From NCBI GenBank assembly GCA_964589175.1, contig CAZPRY010000007.1:52938-116937 (forward strand): DNA of 64,000 bases. The letters run 5' to 3'. A program made the position numbers and the translations under genes. Positions 58,473 to 64,000 of this stretch are shown here, in pieces; within the stretch, counting starts at the first letter, position 1; each line of letters opens with the position of its first letter. Under the pieces are notes generated by a model. It had not been told where the DNA came from. It searched no databases and saw nothing but the letters and a program-made list of their open reading frames with translations. The stretch is from an uncultured bacterium. Lineage in GTDB: Bacteria; Fidelibacterota; UBA2242.

Positions 58473-59558
58473 TCAGACGTTGAAACGGATTTCCATGATA
58501 TCGCCGTCCTGTACGACGTACTCCTTGCCTTCCAGGCGCGCTACGCCGTTGGCTTTGCAGGCGGGCATGCTGCCGTATTTGATCAGGTTATCGTACGAGA
58601 CTACTTCGGCGCGAATGAAGCCGCGTTCCAGATCGGAATGAATCACCCCGGCGGCCTTCTGGGCGTTGATGCCCTTGCGGATCGTCCATGAACGGCATTC
58701 GTCTTCACCCACCGTGAAAAACGACATCAGCCCCATCAGTTCATGCGAGTGATGAATGACGTTATACAGCGCCGGCCGCTCAATTCCCAATTCCTCCAGG
58801 AAGAGCTGCTGATCTTCTTCGCCAAGTTGCCCGATCTCGCCCTCGATTTCCGCGCATAATGCGGTTACGGCGGTTTTCGGCGTCAGGATAGACTGGAATT
58901 GATTCAGCGTCTCCGCGACGCCGGGCAGGTCTTTCTCATTGATGTTGATTACATAAAGCAGCGGCTTGGCAGTCAGAAACTGGAAGCCGCGCAGCACTTT
59001 TTCCTCAGCATCGGCCAGCTGCATCTCGCGCAGTGGTCTTTCCTCTTCGAGCTGCGCGCGGCATTTTTGGAGCAGATCGAATTCTTTCTTTTCATCGGCG
59101 TTCTGCACATTGCGCAGTGATTTCGCGAGTTTCTCCAGCCGGTTTTCCACGATCAGAAGGTCCGAGATCAGGAATTCGGTGTTCACAAATTCGATGTCGG
59201 CTTTCGGATCGATCCGTTCGAAAGGATGCGGAAACAAATCGTTATCGAAAGCCCGCACCATCAACAAAATGGCGTCGACCGTCTTCAGATTGGCGATAAA
59301 CTGGGCCGGCAGTCCCTTATCGCTACGTTCCATTTTTTCCAGGCCCGGTACCTTGAGATACTCGATAGTGGCGTTGACTTTGCGCCGCGGATTGTAGAGC
59401 CGGGTCAGGGTATCCAATCGCTCATCGGGAATTTTAACGATGCCGCGTTCGGCTTCCTGTCGCCCGCGGGTGCCGTCCCCGTCCGGTTTATGACTCAGGA
59501 GTGTCGCAAACAGGGTACTTTTCCCCGAATACGGCAACCCCACAATTCCTATCTGCAT
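58473..59558 (-). CDS. ychF: Ribosome-binding ATPase YchF
   Basis: G1 motif GIVGLPYSGKSTLF, YchF-specific NxxE, and a C-terminal TGS domain (VQDGDIMEIRFNV). Confidence 0.95.
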   Translation of the reverse strand: MQIGIVGLPYSGKSTLFATLLSHKPDGDGTRGRQEAERGIVKIPDERLDTLTRLYNPRRKVNATIEYLKVPGLEKMERSDKGLPAQFIANLKTVDAILLMVRAFDNDLFPHPFERIDPKADIEFVNTEFLISDLLIVENRLEKLAKSLRNVQNADEKKEFDLLQKCRAQLEEERPLREMQLADAEEKVLRGFQFLTAKPLLYVININEKDLPGVAETLNQFQSILTPKTAVTALCAEIEGEIGQLGEEDQQLFLEELGIERPALYNVIHHSHELMGLMSFFTVGEDECRSWTIRKGINAQKAAGVIHSDLERGFIRAEVVSYDNLIKYGSMPACKANGVARLEGKEYVVQDGDIMEIRFNV

Positions 59559-59744
59559 TCATTTCTCCAACATTGCATTCTAAAAAAGCAGGCGGCTAAT
59601 TTACCCTTAATCTGCGAGCAAACCCAATTTATTCCATGAATCCGGCTTTACTTTTTTCTTATCCATTTGGAATGATCTCGTTAAATTCCGGCTGAAGTTG
59701 AGGGTGAAAAAAAGAACGACTATTTCTTACACAGAGGCAGATTT

Positions 59745-60734
59745 ATGAAAGCATTGGTAACCGGATCGACAGGGTTCATCGGACAACACCTGGTCAAACA
59801 ACTACTTGCCGAAAAGTGGGAAGTCCGCTGCCTGGCCCGCAGCACCAGCTTTAAACCGCTGGAATTCCTGGATGATGTCGAATGGATGATCGGCGAGTTG
59901 AGCGATTTTCACGCACTCGAAACCGCCTGCAAAAACATCGATGTTATCTTCCACCTGGCCGGCGCAACCAAAGCCAAAAATTCCAAGTCCTTTTTCGAAA
60001 TAAATTATCTCGGAACGGAGAACCTGCTCGAAGCCATGACCCAGACCGGTAAAAAAACGGCCCAGTTCATTCTGATCAGTTCCCAGGCCGCCGGCGGACC
60101 GGCCAATGATCCCGATCATCCCAAAACGGAGGATGATCCCTGTTATCCCGTGTCCGCTTATGGGCAAAGCAAACTCGCTGCCGAAATCGCCGTCCTGAAA
60201 CGCAAACACCACCTGCGCAGTGCGATCGTCCGGCCGGCCATCGTGTACGGACCCGGCGACCAGGAAACCTGCCTGTTTTTCAAACTGGCCAAAGCCCATA
60301 TCAATCCCAAAATCGGCAGAGAGAAACATTTCATCAGTCTGATCTACATCGACGACCTGGTCCGGCTGCTGATCGACATCGCCAACGCGAAACCGGCTTC
60401 CGGCGAAATCTTCATCGCCACCGACAACGAAAACGGCCACCTGTTTCAGGATGTGATCAGGACCGCCAAAACGGCTCTGCGTACCTGGACATTGCCGGTT
60501 TTCATCCCTCTCTGGTGTCTTAAAATTGCCGCCGGAATCGCTGATCTCTGGCGCCGTCTGTCGGGGCGTACGATGATGTTCACCCCGGATAAATACCGGG
60601 AAATTGCCCGGCCGTTCTGGATTTGCAGCGCCGCCAAAGCCAAAGAAAAACTGAACTTTGAGCCCAAACACGATCTCGCCAGCGGTTTCGAGATCACGGC
60701 CCGCTGGTACCTCGATAACGGCTGGTTAAAGTAA
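59745..60734 (+). CDS. NAD-dependent epimerase/dehydratase family protein (extended SDR)
   Basis: TGSTGFIGQHLV Rossmann motif and a YxxxK catalytic dyad (YGQSK). Confidence 0.85.
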   Translation: MKALVTGSTGFIGQHLVKQLLAEKWEVRCLARSTSFKPLEFLDDVEWMIGELSDFHALETACKNIDVIFHLAGATKAKNSKSFFEINYLGTENLLEAMTQTGKKTAQFILISSQAAGGPANDPDHPKTEDDPCYPVSAYGQSKLAAEIAVLKRKHHLRSAIVRPAIVYGPGDQETCLFFKLAKAHINPKIGREKHFISLIYIDDLVRLLIDIANAKPASGEIFIATDNENGHLFQDVIRTAKTALRTWTLPVFIPLWCLKIAAGIADLWRRLSGRTMMFTPDKYREIARPFWICSAAKAKEKLNFEPKHDLASGFEITARWYLDNGWLK

Positions 60735-60840
60735 GCTTACTTGATTTTCGGCCAAAATGCGGTATCCCATAGATCGTTCCCTCCACCACTCCCGGCCCAT
60801 CCGTCGGACAGCCGGGCTCCCGAATCGATCTGAGTTTATA

Positions 60841-62085
60841 CTATTCTTTGTTTTTGAATTGAAGCAAAAGTTCGTTCACGGTGCGGCGCGTGGCCTTCTT
60901 CACGGTAATCGTCCCATTCTGAAGCTGGACTAGCTCACCGGTTCGCGGGATATGTTTCAGGGAGTGTACCACAAATCCGCCGACGGTTTCATAATCGCCG
61001 TCCGGGATTTCCAGACCGAAACGCTCATTGAATTCATCTATTTCCATGCGGCCGTTAACGACGATCCCGCCGTTGTCCAGTTTGCGATAGAGCGGCTGAA
61101 CCTTATCGTACTCGTCTTCGATCTCACCGACGACTTCCTCGAGAATGTCTTCGACGGTCACGATCCCTTCGGCGCCGCCGAATTCATCCACGACGACAGC
61201 CATGTTGCGGCGATTGTTCTGCAACTGTTCCAGCAGAACGGCCACGCTCATCGAAGGCGGCACAAAGTAGGTGCTGCGGACCAGGGATTTTATTTTCTTC
61301 TGCGGATCTTCCGCGAGAGTATCGAAACTGTTCAACACGCCCACGATCCGGTCAACCCGCTCGACGTAAACCGGCAGGCGGCGGTGTTTGGTCTGCACGA
61401 ATTTCTCGATCGCCTGGCCGACAGTGATCTGATCGCTGACGGCCTCCACCTCGATCAGCGGCACCATGATGTTCTGCACCTCGGTCTCCGTAAAAGAGAG
61501 CAGGCGGTTGATCATTTTCTTTTCGGATGGTTTAACATCGCTACGCTCCCCGGTCATCTGCATCAGGAGTTTGAGTTCCTCCTTGCTGATGAAACGGATA
61601 TCCGGGCTCGGCGGCTTGCCGCCCAACATGCTGGCCAGCAGCGACGCCATCTGCGAAAAGAGCCAGACGACCGGATAGGTCAGGATCGAAAAGCCGCGCA
61701 CGATAAAAGCAATCCGGGGCGTGATCGTGTTGCTCAGCTGCTGAAAAATGCTCTTCGGGACAATCTCGGCGAAAATCCAGTTTACGAACGCCATCACGGC
61801 GATCGAAACCGGAATTCCAATGGTGCCCAGCCAGCCGTGAAAAAGCGCCGCCGCCAGGGTCGTACTGGTGATAACAAAGACGTTGGTGCCGAGCAGGGTC
61901 GTGCCCAGAATCCATTCCGGTTTCTTGAGCATCTCCAGGATCAGGCGGGCGGAATGCTGACCGCGCTTGGCGGCATGCCGCAGCTGCAATTTGTCCATGG
62001 AAATGAGGCCGATCTCGGCCCCGGAGAAAAATCCCTCTCCGAGCACACACAGGGCGATGATCACGATTGATAGCGTCGTCGACAT
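60841..62085 (-). CDS. CNNM/CorC-HlyC family transporter (DUF21-CBS pair-CorC_HlyC)
   Basis: An N-terminal DUF21 4-TM domain, tandem CBS domains, and a C-terminal CorC/HlyC transporter-associated domain. Confidence 0.85.
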   Translation of the reverse strand: MSTTLSIVIIALCVLGEGFFSGAEIGLISMDKLQLRHAAKRGQHSARLILEMLKKPEWILGTTLLGTNVFVITSTTLAAALFHGWLGTIGIPVSIAVMAFVNWIFAEIVPKSIFQQLSNTITPRIAFIVRGFSILTYPVVWLFSQMASLLASMLGGKPPSPDIRFISKEELKLLMQMTGERSDVKPSEKKMINRLLSFTETEVQNIMVPLIEVEAVSDQITVGQAIEKFVQTKHRRLPVYVERVDRIVGVLNSFDTLAEDPQKKIKSLVRSTYFVPPSMSVAVLLEQLQNNRRNMAVVVDEFGGAEGIVTVEDILEEVVGEIEDEYDKVQPLYRKLDNGGIVVNGRMEIDEFNERFGLEIPDGDYETVGGFVVHSLKHIPRTGELVQLQNGTITVKKATRRTVNELLLQFKNKE

Positions 62086-63338
62086 TATTTCTTCTTCACC
62101 GTCAGCATTTCGATACGGTTGCCCTCGATTTTATCCACGGTAAACTGCAGGTTGTGATACATGATGGTGGCCTTCTCTTTGGGCAGCTCACCAAAGAGCG
62201 AGAAAATCAACCCGCCGATCGTATCCACCTCGTCCGAAACCAGCGCGACATCCAGCAATTCACTGCATTCATCCAGCGTCATGGAAGCCCGAATCCGGTA
62301 AAGATATTCGGAAATTTTCTCGTGTTGTGAATCCTTTTCCTCGAACTCGTTACGAATTTCGCCGAAAATCTCTTCGAGTAAATCCTCCATCGTCACCAGC
62401 CCCAGCACGCCGCCGTACTCATCCAGGACAATGGCGATTGATATTTTGCGGTGCTGGAAGGCCCGGAACAGCTCCTCGGCTCGTTTCGTCACCGGCACGA
62501 AATAGGGCTTACGCAAAATCCGCCGGAGTGTACTGTCGGAATCTTCAATCTCCTTCCGGCTGAGTCCGATCAGATCGGTGGCAAAAAGAATCCCGAGGAT
62601 GTCATCGCGGTTATCCTTGTAAATCGGAACCTTGGAGACGTGTTTTTCCTTCAGTTCACGGATCATTTCCCTGAGCGGCATCTCCACCGGGAAGTAGAGC
62701 AGGTTGGCGCGGGGCGTCATAACCTCGTCCATTTTCACGTCCCCGAAATCGAAAATGTTGTAGATAAACTCCTTCTCCACCGAATCCAGAATGCCCTCTT
62801 TTTCGCCATCCTCGACGATGGTCTTGATCACATCTTCGTTGAGAATGCTGCCCCGGCGCGCCGATTGACTTACAAACAGATTGACGATATGGTCGGAGAT
62901 GCTGCGAATCAGCCAGCGCAACGGCGTAATCCAGCGCGCAAAAAGGCTCAATGGCGAGGCCACCATGCGGCTGAATCCTTCATTATTGCGGATTGCCAGC
63001 GTCTTGGGCGTGATTTCCCCGAAAAGGAGCAGAACCGGCAGCACCACTAGAATATTGATCCAGAGCAGATCCTTGTCGAAAATTTCGATGATCACAGCCG
63101 CCGACAGTGTAGAGATCGCGATGTTGACGAACTCATTGCCGAGCAAAATCGTAATGATCAGACGCCGGGGCTGTTCCAGCAACTCGTGAATCCGGCGCGT
63201 TTTTTTAGGCGTTTTCTGCGACAGCTTCTCGAGCTGGATTCTGGATAATGAAAATAAGGCCGTCTCCGAACCGGAGAAGAAACCGGACAGTAAAAGCAAC
63301 ACGACTACCAGCGGTATTTCTATGTATAGTGGAGACAT
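62085..63338 (-). CDS. CNNM/CorC-HlyC family transporter (DUF21-CBS pair-CorC_HlyC), tandem paralog
   Basis: Same architecture as the preceding gene. Its stop abuts the neighbour's start at 62085. Confidence 0.85.
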   Translation of the reverse strand: MSPLYIEIPLVVVLLLLSGFFSGSETALFSLSRIQLEKLSQKTPKKTRRIHELLEQPRRLIITILLGNEFVNIAISTLSAAVIIEIFDKDLLWINILVVLPVLLLFGEITPKTLAIRNNEGFSRMVASPLSLFARWITPLRWLIRSISDHIVNLFVSQSARRGSILNEDVIKTIVEDGEKEGILDSVEKEFIYNIFDFGDVKMDEVMTPRANLLYFPVEMPLREMIRELKEKHVSKVPIYKDNRDDILGILFATDLIGLSRKEIEDSDSTLRRILRKPYFVPVTKRAEELFRAFQHRKISIAIVLDEYGGVLGLVTMEDLLEEIFGEIRNEFEEKDSQHEKISEYLYRIRASMTLDECSELLDVALVSDEVDTIGGLIFSLFGELPKEKATIMYHNLQFTVDKIEGNRIEMLTVKKK

Positions 63339-63524
63339 TGTCCTGTGGGATTATGAGTTTGCGATCCTGGGTCATCCGAATTCATCGACATTAATATAGT
63401 CATTGCTTGTTAATTTTCAAATTGGCATTCACGGGCGGTTTTTCTTCATGACTGTAACGAATTATTCACATTTTGATCCATCTGGCTTACATTGCACTCT
63501 TAAAAACTGAACCGGGAAAACATC

Positions 63525-64000
63525 ATGCTCAATCACTTATCGACCGCCCAGAACGCAGCCCGCGAAGCCGGGAAAATCATCCTCAAATATTATCAAAACG
63601 ATTTCCATATCGCCCGAAAAAGCCGTAACGATCCGGTAACGACCGCCGATTACGAAGCCGATCGCTACCTGCGCGAAACGCTGCTCGCCGCCACTCCGAA
63701 CTACGGCTGGCTTTCCGAAGAGACCAAGGATTCCGCCGAGCGTCTTTCCAAAAAGCGCGTCTGGGTCGTCGATCCGCTGGACGGCACGCGTGAGTTTATC
63801 CGCGGCATCCCGGAGTTCGTGGTTTCCATCGGCCTCGTCGAAAACGGCACGCCGATCATGGGCGTGATCTGCAATCCTGTAACGGGCGAAATGATCGCCG
63901 GGGCTAGGGGAATTCCGACCTTATACAACAATGAACCGGTCATGCTGACTGCTCGGAAAAATCTGGCGGAAGCCGTCATCTTTACCAGCCGCACGGAACA
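63525..64000 (+). CDS. Inositol monophosphatase/CysQ family phosphatase (3'(2'),5'-bisphosphate nucleotidase-like), truncated by the window edge
   Basis: Starts at ATG 63525. IMPase motifs: DPVTTADYEADRYL, and WVVDPLDGTREF (the DPxDGT motif). The ORF runs off the window end. Confidence 0.8.
   Translation, partial: MLNHLSTAQNAAREAGKIILKYYQNDFHIARKSRNDPVTTADYEADRYLRETLLAATPNYGWLSEETKDSAERLSKKRVWVVDPLDGTREFIRGIPEFVVSIGLVENGTPIMGVICNPVTGEMIAGARGIPTLYNNEPVMLTARKNLAEAVIFTSRTE

Overview
The window is a 64-kb chromosomal segment of about 52-55% GC. It is densely coding, mostly on the minus strand, with many start/stop overlaps. Housekeeping genes are interleaved with a large set of cell-envelope and secretion genes: lepA, nadD, nrdR, glyA, rpiB, thyX, aspS, rpmA, rplU, an RNase E/G, ychF, parAB, one tRNA-Ser(GCU), an Mla/MCE lipid-transport operon, MscS and tandem CorC/CNNM transporters. 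At least three proteins end in type IX secretion (T9SS/Por) C-terminal sorting domains, and two PorV-like outer-membrane barrels are present. Together these suggest a member of the Fibrobacteres-Chlorobi-Bacteroidetes (FCB) superphylum or a related candidate phylum. No transposases, integrases, CRISPR arrays or rRNA genes were seen.

The most unusual content is a pair of paralogous ~1000-aa proteins at 6299-9337 (-) and 25166-28276 (+). Each carries a signal peptide, an HExxH...W[LM]xEG[VL]AxY Peptidase_MA_2-like zincin domain, TolB/PD40-like beta-propeller repeats and a C-terminal Omp85/BamA-type beta-barrel, with no POTRA domains. Each is encoded immediately downstream of, and co-oriented with, a T9SS-CTD cargo protein. 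One of these cargo proteins looks like an M6 (InhA)-family pseudo-protease whose HExxH is replaced. One pair is followed by a BamD-like TPR protein and preceded by a PorV-like barrel. This repeated 'CTD cargo then zincin-PD40-Omp85' pairing resembles a dedicated two-partner-like outer-membrane export or processing module that I do not recognise as described.

Other notable items:
- a frameshifted OsmC gene;
- a STAS-MlaE fusion;
- a PqiC-like lipoprotein fused to a ~500-aa beta-barrel-like domain inside the Mla operon;
- a CPA2 antiporter fused to a PTS EIIA(Ntr)-like domain;
- a parA-parB-M23 peptidase-bactofilin operon;
- degenerate AroQ-like and glycogen-synthase-N-domain-like proteins;
- an L21 with a (KES)n tail;
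- an unlisted 54-aa Trm112-like ORF.
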